64,000 nucleotides of DNA. Origin: the human T2T-CHM13v2.0 reference genome, Homo sapiens. Shown here piece after piece: positions 14,466 to 31,780 of the stretch. Location: the NCBI GenBank assembly GCA_009914755.4, contig CP086569.2:4736001-4800000 (forward strand), given 5' to 3'. The position numbers and the translations under genes are program-made. How positions within the stretch are numbered: the first letter of the stretch is position 1; each line of letters starts with the position of its first letter. The notes beneath the pieces were generated by a model. That model saw only the letters and a program-made list of their open reading frames with translations, was not told the DNA's origin and did not search any database.

Positions 14466-16424
14466 TTATTTTTATTTCACTACTTGGCAGTTTGCCAAAT
14501 CAGAAACTTGATTTTGATAAGAGAAAAATGTCTATTTCAGAAGTTAAAAATCCGTATTTACCAAATGTTTACCAGTCTACTATCATTGATAGGGTTCACT
14601 ATATTTCAATACATATATCCCAGTGTTGTCAAATTTTTGAGATATTGTGATTTTATTAGTGTTTGATAATGAAAACATAACTTCAAAGTCTATTACCTGA
14701 GCATTGCTTTAATATCCAGGATTCTTTGTACCTGCCATTATGTTCCTGAAAGTACATTTAGCATAATATGTATAGCTAATTTATTTGAAAACATAGCCAA
14801 TTCTTCATTATTCAGAAGTTAATAATCAAATTTCATGAATCATATCCCTCCCCACTACATCCTACTACATTTCATTTTCCTTCAAAATACTTTAAAAATA
14901 CTTCCTAGAAATTATCTACTTTAGCAAATGCATTTCAAGATTCTCAGAAAATATTTTTTAATAGTCCAGAATTATTCATAGGATTAGATAAGCTCAAATC
15001 TCCATTAGATGTTCTTTTCTGTTATTAGTAAACTCCCCTCTTTAGTTTAGATCAGTGTTGTAGCACCCTTATTCTTGGTTTCTATTACATTTACAGTATC
15101 TTACAAGGAGCAGCATCTGTTACTGTTCTAAGAGATTAAGTCAAACCAAATAGGTGTGTCTATTTAGAATAATAGGGATTTTTAAGAGAATTATAATTGG
15201 ATCTTGTAGGTGTCACAAACCTCAGTGTAATAGGCATCATTGATAAGAGATTCCTCTTTTAACTGTTTATTTTGGCATTGCTACATTCGTTTTGAAGATT
15301 TTCTTGGTAGCCTTGCATACATGTCTTTAAACCATTTTTCTTACAATTAGATGCTGTGATAACATATAGAGGCTGTGGATACCTACAATTTTAACTTCTG
15401 CTTTGACTCCCAGAAGGAAAGTATAAATATTATACTGGCTCTGATATATTACAACTTTACATTAATTTTTAGACAAGATAAAAAGTATTTTTAACATATT
15501 TTCTACCATATTGCTCAATTATCATCCTTTTATCATAGTAACTTATCAATGTTACAAAACGTTTTTGTGGGCATTATAGTTTGGAACTCAATTTTGAGAA
15601 CATTGTTTTAAAAATCTTATCAAGATATGACTTTCCAAATACAACATTTGTATTACAATTAGATGTATACCTTGTTCTTTTTTTCACTTTTAAATTAAAA
15701 CATGTGGCTGCTCACGGATTGAAAACAGGTTTACCTATATATGTCCTTACCAATTGGTAAGCATTATTCAAAGTAGATCATAAAAAGGAGACAAAAGCCT
15801 TGATATTCCCAATTAAAAAGATTTAAACTAAAAACTCCTTCTGCTAACTGTATACTGTTGAAGCATTTATTGTATAACCCTTAACTATCAAGAACTGCCA
15901 CATCTTTTGATATTTGTGACAGCTATTTTAGGAGAATAAGGGAGATGCAATGTTATAATAGGTAAGGGATGAAGATCAGCTTCCTGGTAGATTACAAAGT
16001 AGTGATAATTCTGCTTTCATCCTATTGTGTTTTTTTTCTGCACTATAGATTGAATTACATATTATTGCTCAATGTGATGCTGATTAATTAAGATGTAGGG
16101 AGCTGTGGAAAATTATCCATATTTTGTCATAAACTTATGTTTACTGACTGTACATCAGAAAATCACTAAATAATGCATGAAATTATAAAAATTACATTAA
16201 AATATTAAAATTACCTGTAAAACCTAGATATTTAAACCACTGTAGTTTTTCATATGATATTGTCAGATCAAATACACTTGCCACTTTCATTTAAGAAATA
16301 ATTACCAATATTAGATGTAAGTTAAAATAAACATAAAATAAAAAGAGTTGGACATTTATTCATATCAAATAAATAGACTAATGTCTTCTATGGATACCTA
16401 CTCTTTTCCATATTTTTAGTTGTT

Positions 16425-16565
16425 CTTCCATTTTTAATTTTTATGACTACATAGTAGGTGTACGTATTTGTGCGGTACATGAGATATTTTGATTCAGTCA
16501 TACAATGTGTAATAATCACATCAGGGTAAATGGGGTGTCCTCAGTTCTTTGTCACCTGTGGTTTT
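16425..16565 (-). mobile_element. L1 3'-end fragment (antisense)
   Basis: tagtaggtgtacgtatttgtgcggtacatgagatattttgattcagtcatacaatgtgtaataatcacatcagggtaaatgg. Confidence 0.6.
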
Positions 16566-16965
16566 AGCTCTGATTAAGAACTTGTCTTGGAACCTAAGTC
16601 AAAGTTTGATTTTAAATTTTTCATTGAAATTGACAGGTCGGCTGAGGAAATCAAGATTTCTCCAGTTCTGTAGTCAGGTGGTCTGATCGTTAGACTAATT
16701 GGATTTACATAAACCCAAGTATTACATTTTACATATGCATTGATTTTTATCACCTCTATTTTCAAGCTGTTGTATAAATGTTGCAGCTTTCAGGCCCTAC
16801 TTCCATTGGTAACAGATAGAAACTGGTTTGCTGCTATTCTGTCCTGGCATACAAATAATCTAAGTCAAAAGCTTCGCTTTTCATGTTTTTCTAGGATAGT
16901 GAGAGGAAAAAAAAAAATTTCTCCTACTCAAAGCATTTATTTCATTTCTATTTTCATAAAATTAG

Positions 16966-17360
<395 letters not shown>

Positions 17361-18789
17361 TAGTCAGTTTAATGCCCTAAAAAAATGATGTTTGCACAAA
17401 TGATTCTAATGCACAAATGTTATTAGTTTCTATACATTTATATTTTCTCAGAGTCTTTTCTGATTATTTGCTGGACCCTACATTTATAATTCTATTTATG
17501 CCGATTTCAGAGTAAAATTTCTATTGGGGTACAATTTAGTCTTTTTCTTCTAGGATTGCAATTTTCATTCTGTTGGCCTAGGGCTTCTCAACCTTGGCAT
17601 TATTGACATTTGAAGCTAGATAATTCTTCCTTGTGGGGTGGTGTGAGAGCTGTCTTATGTACTGCAGGAAGTTTGGCAGCATCTCTGGCCTCTACCAAAT
17701 AGATCTTAGTGGCACTCTCTTGCCTAATTGTGACAAGCAAAAATGTCTCCAGAGTTTGACAAATGTTTTCTCGGGTTGCGGTGGGGGCCCCAGGAATTTC
17801 AACAATAGAAAACCATTGCTTTAGCTCACCCTTACACATATTCATAAGAGAGGATTTTGTATTTTATAGAAAGATTTTATTAACTCCAAAAAGGAGTCAG
17901 ACTTGAAAACCTTCAAAAACCTTCAAATGATGAGCATTCTCAGATAAAATATTTCAGAAATGTTGAAACAATAAATGCTATTTGAATAACACATACTTTA
18001 GTGGTCATAGGTGAAATAGTATTAGGACATATATCAAGTCCTTTGATAAAAAGATATTTTATGAAGTAATAGTGCCTTTTAACAAATTCATAATATGTTA
18101 TAATTTATCGTAAATGTAGAAGTTACTTTCTTATCTGGTGTGACTGAAGGGGAACACAGTGCTAAATGATAAAACAGAGTAGCCTGAGGTGGTTTTCTTC
18201 TAATTTCAGGTCAGATTTACATTTCACTAATTGCACAAAAGTTTTTCAATATTAATTTTGTTTTGTATATACAGAAAACATATTTATTATTAGCACTAGC
18301 AAAATCTTATGTAATGAACCCACTTCATAAATAGAATATTTATGTTAATCAAATATGAATGTTTTGCCAACCTAATTTCAAATCTTAACATAAAAAATTG
18401 GAATGAGAAAATTGATACATATGAGTATATTGGTATATGTATTATAAATGATTCAACCTCAGCTAGTAAAGGAAGTTTTATTATTTTCAACAGTAAAATC
18501 ATTATTTTTCTAATTTGATTTCATAGTTATGTAAGAATTATTAGCAATGTTAAAATAATAAACTTTGAGCAAAACTATTTCCTGATTGTTAATGGATAAG
18601 AAAAAGATAAAAATTGACATCTAGAATTAGGCAAAGGAAAAACTAATGGAAGATTCAATATATGAATGAGACACAAAAGTTGATAGTGGTGTGTGATAGA
18701 ACTAATTACAAGCGTTTTTTAAGCTAATGTTTTTAGTTATAGATTTATTTATGAAAAATTGTTCTTAGCTCTTGAATTTTATAGTGTTT

Positions 18790-21420
18790 TTAAATTTTTA
18801 ATGTATTTACTTTTTTCTTTTTAATTTTTGTTAGTACATCATAGGTGTATATATTCATGGGGTACATGAAATACTTTGATACAGACATGCAATTGTCATG
18901 ATCACATCGTGGTAAATGGGACATCCATTCCCTCAAGCATTTATCCTTTGTGTTACACACAATCCAATGATACTTTTAGTTATTTTAAAACATATGATTA
19001 AATTATTATTGACTGTAGCCACCCTGTTGTGTTAGCAAACGCTAGGTCTTATTCATTCTTTCTTTTTTGGTACCCATTAATCATCCCTACCTCCCCTGCC
19101 TACCAACAACCCTTGCTAGCCTCTGGTAACCACCTTCTACTCTCTGTCTTCATGAGTTCAATTGTTGAAATTTTTAGCTCCCACAAATATGTGAGAACGT
19201 GTGAAGTTTCTCTTTCTGTGCCTGGCTTACTTCAATTAACATAATGATCCATGCATCCATGTTGTTGCAAATGACAGGATCTCATTCTCTTTTCTGAATA
19301 GTACTCCATTTTGTATATGTACCAGATTTCCTTTACCCATTCATCTGTTGATGAACACTTCAGTTGCTTCCAAATCTTGGCTACTGTGAATAGTGCTGCA
19401 AAAAACCCTGGGAGTGCAGATATCACTTTGATATACTTATCTCCTTTCTTTTGTGCATATACCCAGCAATGGGATTGCTGGATTGTAATGGTAGCTCAAT
19501 TCTTAGTTTTTTGAGGAACCTCCAAACTGTTCTCCAAGTGATTGTACTAATTTATATTCCCACAAACACTGTACAAGGATTCGCTTTTCTCCACATCGTT
19601 GCCAACATTTGTTACCACCCGTGTTTTAGATAAAAGCCATTTCAACGGGGGTGAGATAATATCTTATTGTAGTTTTGATTTGCATTTCTCTGATGATTAA
19701 TTATGTCAAACATCTTTTCATATGCCTGTTTGCCATTTGTATATCTTATTTCGAGAAATGCCTATTCAAATCTTTTGCCCATTTTTTATTACAATATTAG
19801 ATTTCTTTTTCTCTAGAGTGATTTGAGCTCTCCATATATTCTGATTATTAATCCTTTGTCAGATGGGTAGTTTGCAATATTTTCTCCCATTCTGTGGGTT
19901 GTCTCTTCACTTTGTTGTTGATTGTGTCCTTTGCTGTGCAGAAGCTTTGTAACTTGATGTGATCCCATTTGCCCATTTTTGCTTTGGTTGCCTGTGCTTG
20001 TGAGGTATTGCTCAAGAAATCTTTGCCCAGACCAATATCCTGGAGATTGTTTCCAATGTTTTCTTGTATGGTATAATAGCTTGAGATCTTAAATTTAAGT
20101 ATTTACTCCGATTTGATTTGATTTTTCTATATGGTGAGAGATAGGGGTTTAATTTCATTCATCTGCATGTGGATATCAGGTTTTTCCAGCACCATTTATT
20201 GAAGAGATTGTATTTTCCCCAATGTATGTTTTTGGCAACCTCGTCAAACATTATTTCACTGTAGTAGTGAGGATTTGTTTCTGGGTTATCTGTTCTGTTC
20301 CATTGGTATATGTGTCTGTTCTTATGCCAATACCATGCTATTTGGTTACTATAGCTCTGTAGTATAATTTGAAGTCAGGTAATGTGATTCCTTCAGTTTT
20401 GTTCTTTTTGCTCAGGATAACTTTGTCTATACTGGGTTTTTTGTGTGGTTCTATACAAATCTGAGGATTTTTTTTCTATTTCTGTGAAGAATATCATTGG
20501 AATTTTTATTGGGATTGCATTGAACCTGTAGATTGCTTTAGGTAGTATGGACATTTTAACAATTTTGATTCTTCTAATCTATGAACATGGAATATTTTTT
20601 CCCTTTTTTGGTGCCCTCTTCAATTGCTTTCATCAGTGTTTCATAGTTTTCATGATTGAGATTTTTTACTTCTTTGGATAAGTTAATTCCTAGGTATTTA
20701 ATTTTTTGTGTGGCTATTATAAATGGAAATAATTTTTAAATTCTTTGTCACATTGGTCACTGTTGGCATATAGAAATGGTATTGATTTTTGTATGTTGAT
20801 TTTGGATCCTGCATCTTTACTGAAATTGTTTATCAGTTCTAATAGTTTTCTTGTGGAGTCTTTAGTTTTTTCCAAATATAACATCATATTATCTGTAAAC
20901 AATGATAATTTGAATTCTTCCTTTCCAATTTGGATAACCTTTATATCTTTCTCTTATCTGATGGCTCTAGCTAGGACTACCAGTACTATGTTGAATAATA
21001 GTGGTGACAGGGGGCATCCTTGTCATGTTCCAGATCTTAGAGGGAAGAATTTCCATTTTTCCACATTTAGTATGATACTAGCTGTGGATCTTTCATATGT
21101 GACTTTAATTGTGTTTAGATATGTTCCTTCTATCCCCAGTTTTTTGAGAGTTTTTGTCATGAAGGGATGTTGAATTTTATAAAATGCTTTTTCAGCATCA
21201 ATTGAAATGATCATATGGTTTTTATCCTTCATTCTATTGATGATATCTCACATTGATTTGCATATGTTGAACCATCCTTGTTTACCAGGGGTACATCCCA
21301 CTTGGTTATGATGAATGATCTTTCTAATGTATTGTTGAATTTGGTTTGCTAGTATTTTTGTTGAGGATTTTTGCATTAATAGTCATCAAAGATATTTGCT
21401 TGTAGTTTTCTCTTTTTATT
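18790..21420 (-). mobile_element. Older L1 (L1PB/L1MA-like) 3' portion, antisense. Degenerate ORF2 C-terminal region.
   Basis: Minus-strand ORF 19232..19426 reads ...AALFTVAKIWKQLKCSSTDEWVKEIWYIYKMEYY, the L1 ORF2 C-terminus. The element also carries tacccagcaatgggattgctgg and the gtgattttgatttgcatttctctgatg family motifs. Confidence 0.8.
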
Positions 21421-21961
21421 ATCATTTTTAAGTTCCAGGGTACATGTGCAGGATGTGCAGTTCATTACATAGGTAAATGTGTGCCGTGGTGATTTGCTGC
21501 ACCTATCAACCCATCATGTAGGTATTAAACACAGCATGCATTAGCTAGTTAGCTGATGCTGTCCTTCCCTAACTGGCCTCAGTGTGTGGTGTTCCCCTCC
21601 CTGTGTCCATGCGTTCTCGTTGTTCAGATCCCACTTATAAGTTAGAACATGTGGTGTTTGATTTTCTGTTCCTGTGTTAGTTTGCGGAGGATAATGGCTT
21701 CCATCTCCACCCATGTTACTGCAAAGGACATGATCTCATTTCTTTTTGTGGCTGCATAGTATTCCATTATGTATATGTACCAAATTTTCTTTATCCAGTC
21801 TATCATTGATTGGCATTTGCATTGATTCCACATCTTTGCTATTGTGAATAGTGCTGCAGTGAACATACATGTGCATGTATCTGTATCGTGGAATAATGTA
21901 TATTCCCTTGGGTATATACCCAGTAATGGGATTGCTGGGTCAAGTGGTATTTCTGGTCCTA
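21421..21961 (-). mobile_element. L1PA-like 3' end fragment, antisense
   Basis: ttttaagttccagggtacatgtgcaggatgtgcagttcattacataggtaaatgtgtgcc... Minus-strand ORF 21642..21866 = MFTAALFTIAKMWNQCKCQSMIDWIKKIWYIYIMEYYAA (ORF2 C-terminus). Confidence 0.85.
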
Positions 21962-24009
21962 GGTTATATTAGTCTGTTCTCATGCTGCTAATAAAGACAT
22001 ACCCAAGACTGGGTAATTTATAAAGAAAAATAGGGTTAATTGACTCACACAGTTCCACGTTGCTGGAGAGGCCTCACAATCATGGCACAAGGCAAAGGAG
22101 GAGAAAGGCAGGACTTACATGGAGGCTGGCAAGAGAGAGCGTGTTCAGGGGAGCTCCCTTTTATAAAACCATCAGATCTCATGAGACTTATTCACTATCA
22201 CAAGAACAGCACAAGAAAGAAATGCTTCCATGATTCAATTACCTCACACCAGGTTCCTCCCATGACACATGGGAATTATGGGAGCTGCAATTTGAAATTT
22301 GGGTGGGGACACAGTGAAACCATATTTTTCTGCCCCTGGCCCCTCCCAGAACTCATGTCATCACATTTTAAAGCCAATCATAGCTTCCCAACTGTCCTCC
22401 AAAGTCTTAACTTATTTCAACATTAACTCGAAAGCCCAAGTCCAAAGTCTCATGTGAGATAAGGCAAGCCCCTTCCACCTATGAGCCTATAAAATCAATA
22501 GCAAGTTACTTTCTAGATACAATGGGTGTACAGGGTAAATACACCCATTCCAGATGGGAGAAATTGGCCAAAATAAAGGGGCTACAGGCCCCATAAAAGT
22601 CTGAAATCCAATAGGGCAGTCACATCTTAAAGTTCAAAAATGATCTCCTTTGACACCATGTCTCATATCCAGGTCATGCTGACGCAAGAGGTAGGTTCCC
22701 ATGGTCTTGGGCAGCTCCACCCCTGTGGCTTTGCAGGGTACAGCCCCTCTCCTGGCTGATTTCACAGGCTGGCATTGAGTGTCTGTGGCTTTTCCAGGCA
22801 CCTGGTGTAAGTTGTCAATGGATCTACCATTCTGGGGTCTAGACGACAGTGGCCCTCTTCTCACAGTTCCACTAGATAGTGCACCAGTGGGGATTCTTTG
22901 TGGAGGCTCCCACCCCACATTTCCCTTCTGCCGTGCCCTTGCAGAGGTTCTCCATGAGTTCTCTGCCCCTGTAGCACACTTCTGCCTGGACATCCAGTTG
23001 TTTCCCTACATCCTCTGAAATCTTGGTGGAGGTTCCCAAACCTCAGTTCTTGACTTCTGTTCACCCTCATGCCCAACACCACGTATAAGCCACCAAGGCT
23101 TGGGGCTTCCACCCTCTGAAGCAACAGCCTGAGCTCTACATCGGACACTTTCAGCCATGGCTGGGATGTAGGTCATCAAGTCCCCAAACTGCACAAAGCA
23201 GCAAGGCCCTGGTCCCAGCTCATGAAACAATTATTTTTTTCTCCTAGGCCTCCCAGCTTGTGATGGGAGAGGCTGCCATGAAATCTGCGGACATGTCCTG
23301 GAGTCATTTTCCCATTGTCTTCTCGATTGATATTTGGCTCCTTGTTGCCTATGCAAACTTTTGCAGTCAGCTTGAATTTCTCCTCAGAAAATGGCTTTCT
23401 CTTTTCAATCACATTGTCAGACTGCAATTTTTCCAAACTTTCATGCTCTGCCTTCCTTTTAAACATAAATTCCATAAGTTCCAAACCATATTGTAGTGAA
23501 TACATAACACTGAATGCTTTTGACAATACCGAAGTCATTTCTTGAATGCTTTGCTGCTTAGAAATTTCTTCTGCCGGATACCCTAAATCATCTCTCTCAA
23601 ATTCAAAGTTCCACAAATCTCTAGGGCAGGGACAAAATGCCACCAGTCTCTTCACTAAAACATAGCAAGAGTCACCTTTGCTCCAGTTCCCAACAAGTTC
23701 CTCATCTCCATCTGAGACCACCTCAGCCTGGACTTTATTGTCCATTTCACTATCAACATTTTGGTCAAAGTCATTCAGCAAGTCTCTAGGAGGTTCCAAA
23801 CTTTCCCACATCTTCTTGTTTATTTAGGATCCCTCTAAACTGTTACAGTCTCTGCCTGTTACTCAGTTGCAAAGTCATTTCCAAATTTTGGGGTATCTTT
23901 ACAGCAGCACCCCACTCTACCAGTACCAGTTTACTGTATCAGTCCATTCTCACATGGCTAGTACAGACATACCCGAGACTGGGTAATTTATAAAGAAAAA
24001 GAGGTTTAA

Positions 24010-24010
<1 letters not shown>
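21962..24010 (-). mobile_element. THE1-family ERVL-MaLR element (LTR plus internal region plus partial LTR), antisense, nested in the L1 cluster
   Basis: 21962..22330 is the reverse complement of the THE1 LTR (tgatatggtttggctgtgtccccacccaaatc...gtctttattagcagcatgagaac). A second LTR start lies at ~23930..24010 (cagtccattctcacatggctagtacagacatacccgagactgggtaatttataaagaaaaagaggtttaatg). The 211-aa minus ORF 23176..23811 lies in the internal region. Confidence 0.7.
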
Positions 24011-26990
<2,980 letters not shown>

Positions 26991-26994
26991 CCAA

Positions 26995-29315
26995 CACCCA
27001 GTTTTCTTTTTTTGATGTGTCTTAGTCTGATTTTTGTATCTGGGTAATGTTGGTCTCATAGAATGAGTCTGGAAATATTCTCTCCTCTATTTTTTGCAAT
27101 AGTTTCAGTAGAATTGGTATTAGTTCTTGTTTGAATGTTTGGTAGTATTCAGCAGTAAAGCCATCGGGTCCCAGGCTTTTCTTTACTGAGAGGCTTTTTT
27201 ATTACAGCTTTGATCTCACTACTAGTTATTGGCCTGTTCAGGATTTGAATTTCTTCCTGGTGAAATCTTGGTTGGTTCTATGTGTCTAGGAATTTCTCTA
27301 TTTTCTTCTAGGTTTTCCAATTTATTGGCATATAGTTGCTGATAGTAGCCACTAATGAGCCTTTGCATTTCTGCAGTGTCAGTTGTAAAGTCTCATTTTT
27401 TCATTTCTGATTTTATTTATTTATATCCTCTCTCTTTTTTCTTAGTTCATCTGGCTAAGAGTTTGTCAATTTTGTTTAACTATTTTAAAAAGCCGCTTTT
27501 TGTTTCTTCAACAATCTTTTTTCATTTTCTTCATTTCAATTTCATTTTATTCTACTCTAATCTTTATTATTTATTTCCTTCTACTAATTTTGGGTTTGGC
27601 TTGTTCTTGCTTTTCTACTTATTAAGATGAATTGTTAGATTCTTTATTTGAAGGTTTTCCTCTTTTTTGATGTAGGCACTAATAGCTATAAACTTCCCTC
27701 TTGGTACTGCTTTTGCTCTACCCCATAGGTTTTGGTATGCTGTGTTTTCTTTATTATTTGTTTCAAGAAACTTTTCAATTTACCTCTTAATTTCTTTATT
27801 GACCCACTGATCATTAAGCAGCATATTATTTAATTTCCGTGTATTTGTATAGTTTCCAAAATTCCTCTCTTTATTGATTTCTAGGTTTATTCTATTGTGC
27901 TTAGAGATGAGGCTTGATATTATTTCAATTTTTTGAATGTTTTAAGACTTGCTTTGTGACTTAACATATGGTCTATTCTTGACAATGATCCATGTGCTGA
28001 GGAAAAGAATGTGTATTCTGCAGCCGTTGGATGTAATGTTCTGTAAATATCTATTAGATGCATGTGGTGTATAGTACAGATTAAGTCTGATGTTTCTTTG
28101 TTGATTTTCTGTTGGGAAGATCTGTCCAGTGCTAAAAGTGGGGCATTGAAGTCTCTAGCTATTATTGTACTTGGGACAATCTCTTTTTAGCTCTAATAAT
28201 ATTTTCTTTATATATCCAGGAGCTCCAGTGTTGGGTGCATATATATTTAAAATTGTTATATCCTCTGACTGAATTGAAACCTTTATCATTATATACTGAC
28301 TTTCTCTCTTCTTAATTGCTTTTGTCTTGAAATTTACTCTGTTTGATATAAGTATAGCTACACCTGCTCTTTTTTGTTTTCCATTGGCATGGAATATTTT
28401 TTTCTCTTTTTCATTTTCAGTCTATGTGTGTCTTCATAAGTGAAATGTGTTTCTCATAAGCAACAGATCACTGGTTCTCAGTTTTTTCATCCATTTAGCC
28501 ATTCTTTGTCTTTTAATTGAAGATGTTAGTTCATTTACATTGAATAATATTGATAAGTAAGGACTTACTCCTGCCATTTTATTATTTGTTTCCTGGTTGT
28601 TTTGTGGTCTTCTCTTCCTTCTTTCTGTCCTTCCTGTCTTCCTCTAGTGAAGGAGATTTTCTCTGGTGATATGTTTTAGTCTCTTGCTTGTCATTTTTTG
28701 TGTTTTCATTTTATGTTTTTTGGTTTGAGGTTATTTTGAGGCTTGCAAATACCATCTTATAATGCAGTATTTTAAGCTGATAATAGCTTAACATTGTTTG
28801 CATAAACTGACAATCAAAAAGAAAACTAATAAAAATTCTACACCTTAACTTGATCCCCAAGATTTTTAACTTTTTGTTGCCGTACTATGTCTTGAAAAGC
28901 GGTTGTAGTTATTACTTTTGATTGGTTCATTGTTTATTCTTTCTACTTAGGATAAGAGTAGTTTACACATTACAGTTACAGTGTTATAATATTCTATGTT
29001 TTTCTGTGTACTTGCTGTTACCAGCGACTTTTGTACCTCCAGGTGATTACTTATTGCTCATTAATGTCTTTTTCTTTGGGTTTGAAGTACTCCCTTTAGC
29101 ATTTCTTGTAGGGCAGATCTCGTGTTGATGAAATCTCTCAGCTTTTGTCTGGGGAAATGTTTATTTCTCCTTCATGTTTGAAGGATATTTTCACCAGATA
29201 TACTATTTTAAGGTAAAAGTTTATTTTCCTTCAGCACTCTAAATATGTCATGCCACTCTCTTCTGATCTGTAAGATTTACACTGAGAAGCCTGCTTCCAG
29301 ACGTATTGGAGCTCC

Positions 29316-29352
<37 letters not shown>

Positions 29353-31780
29353 TTTCCCTCTCTTGCTGTCTTTAGGATCCTTTCTATATCATTGATCTTT
29401 AGGAGTTTAATTATTAATTACCTGAAGTAGTCTTTGCATTAAATCTTCTTGGTGTAAAACTTCCTTTTACTTTGATATTGATATATTTTTCTAGGTTTGG
29501 AAAGTTCTCTGTTATTATTCTTTTGAAAAACTTTCTACCCCTATCTCTTTCTCTACCTCCTCTTTAAGGCCAGTCACTCTTAGATTTGCCCTTTTGAGGC
29601 TACTAATATTTCTTAGATCCTGTGGGCATGCTTCGTTGTTTTTTATTCTTTGTTCTTTTGTCTCCTCTGTGTATTTTCAAATACCCTGTCTTCAAGCTCA
29701 CTAACTTTTTCTTTTGCTAGATTCATTCTGCCATTAAAAGGCTCTGACACATTCTTCAGTGTATCTATTTTATTATTTAACTTCAGAATTTCTGCTTCAT
29801 TATTTTTAGTTATTTCAATCTCTTTGTTAAATTTCTCTGATAGAATTTTGAATTCCTTCTCCACATTATCTTGAATTTCTTTGAGTTTCTTCAACACAGC
29901 TATTTTGAACTCTGTTTGAAAGGTTGCATATCTGTTTATCTAGGCTTTGTCCTGGGTGACTTATTTAGTTCATTTGGTGCGATCACGTTTTCCTGGATGG
30001 TGTTAGTGCTAATAGATGTTCTTCAGTGTTTAGGCATTGAAGAGTTAGGTATTTATTGTACTCTTCACTGTCTGGAATTATTTATACCCATCCTTTCTGG
30101 GAATGCTTTCCAGGTATTTGAAAGGGCTTTGGTATTGTGATCTAAGCTGTATGTGCTTTAGGGTACACTCCAAGCCCACTAACACTGTGGTTCTTGCAAA
30201 CTCACAGAGGCACCACCTCAATGGTTTGGACAAGATCCAAGGGAATTCTCTGTATTACCAGGCAGAGACTGTTGTTCTGTTCCCTTATTTTTCTCAAGCA
30301 GAGTCCCTCTCTGTTCTGAGCCACCTAAGGTTGGGGATATGGTAACACAAGCACCACTGTGGCTTTCACCACTATGACTGCACCTGGTCAGACCTAAAGC
30401 CAGCTCAGCACTGGGTCTCACCCAAGTTCAAGCTCAGCACTGGGTCTCACCCTTGTTCAAGGACCTGTGGCTCTACAGTCAGCCAGTGGCAAAGCCAGCT
30501 AGGTCTATGTCTTTCATTTCAGGGTAACAAGGTCTCTCTGGGACCAGGTGGGTACAGAGGTGCCATCTGGAAGTGAGGGACTACAGTCAAAAACCTTAGA
30601 AGTCTCCCTGCTGTTCTATTGTACCACGACTGAGTTGGCACTCAAACCACAACATGCAATCCTTCCCTTGCTTCCCTCTACTTTCCAAAGGCAGAGAAGC
30701 CTCATCCTGTAGCCACTGCCATCCCAGGCCACAGGGAGTCCTGCCAAACTACTGCTGATATTCCCTTAAGACCCAAAGGCTCTTAAGTCAGCTTGTGGTG
30801 ATTGCTTCCTGGCATGGGACTCACCCTTCAGGGTAATGGGCTCCCCTCTGTTCCAGCACAGGTCCAGAAATGCTACCCAAGGGTCGTGTCCTGGAATTGA
30901 GGACCCCAAAAGCCCACTTGGTGCTCTGCTCCCCTGTTGCCATGCTGGTACCTGAAGCCAGCTGTCTAGAAATGTCATCTGGGAGCTAGGGCCTGGAATG
31001 GGGGCCTCATGACTCTATCCAGTGCCTTATCCTGCTGTGGCTGAGCTGGTATCCGGGATGTAAAAGAGAGACATCCTCACTCTTCCCTCTCCTTTCCCTA
31101 AGTAGAAGAAAGGTGTCTCTTTTGGAGCCATGAACTGTGCAGCCTTGGGTTAGGGGACAGGGGATGCTTCCCCAGCTGATGTCTCAGTATGCTGCATGCC
31201 ACCCTAGTCCACTGTCCTATGCCCAGTTCTGCCTTAGGCCTTGCCTAAGAATTGTAGTCCTTATGGTCTAGGCTGCCTTTTAAGTTTACTTAGAGACCTA
31301 GAGCACTTTGGCCCTTGGTGGCAAGGTTTGTGAGAATTCAAATTTGGACCACTGGGATCAGTGGTTCCCCACCAGATAGGGCTGGTTTAAATGCTCCCTC
31401 TGTGGGCGATTGTCAGCTGCGTTTGGTCTGGTATTTCTTTCTGCTCTAACAGAACAGCACTGAGTTCAGTGGCTCACAATTGCTGTATTCTTCCTCCCCC
31501 AGTGCCCAGAGAAGCTCTCTGTACCATGAGGCCACTGCAGCAGTTGGGGGAGGAGAAGTGGCTTCGGTGATTCAACTTTTTTTTTTTTTCTTTTAATCTC
31601 TTCAGTGCCTCTTTTGGGGTATGAGGTTCAAACTAAGTACTATGAGTGCTCATCTGATTTTTTCATTCCTATGAAGGTGTTTTTTCTTTGTAGATAGATG
31701 TTAAATTTGTGTCCTTGTGGGGAGGATGATCAGTGGAACCTTCTATTCTGCCATCTTGCTCTGTCTTTCATTATGGTATT
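26995..31780 (-). mobile_element. Older L1, antisense: 5' part of ORF2, ORF1 and a long 5'UTR. The 5' terminus is near 31775.
   Basis: Minus ORF 29643..29897 reads ...KVSELEDRVFENTQ (L1 ORF1 coiled-coil). Antisense ORF2 5'-region motifs run through 27000..29200. The terminus ggaaccttctattctgccatcttgctc resembles the antisense L1 5' end. Confidence 0.7.
29317..29351. repeat. (TG)n microsatellite inside the L1
   Basis: Read directly. Confidence 0.95.

Noticed and set aside
23176-23811. 211-aa minus-strand ORF, the longest non-PCDH ORF in the track
   Set aside because: It lies entirely within the internal region of the antisense THE1/MaLR element, between its LTRs at ~21962..22330 and ~23930..24010. 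It has no recognisable cellular protein motifs and is a degenerate retroelement reading frame.
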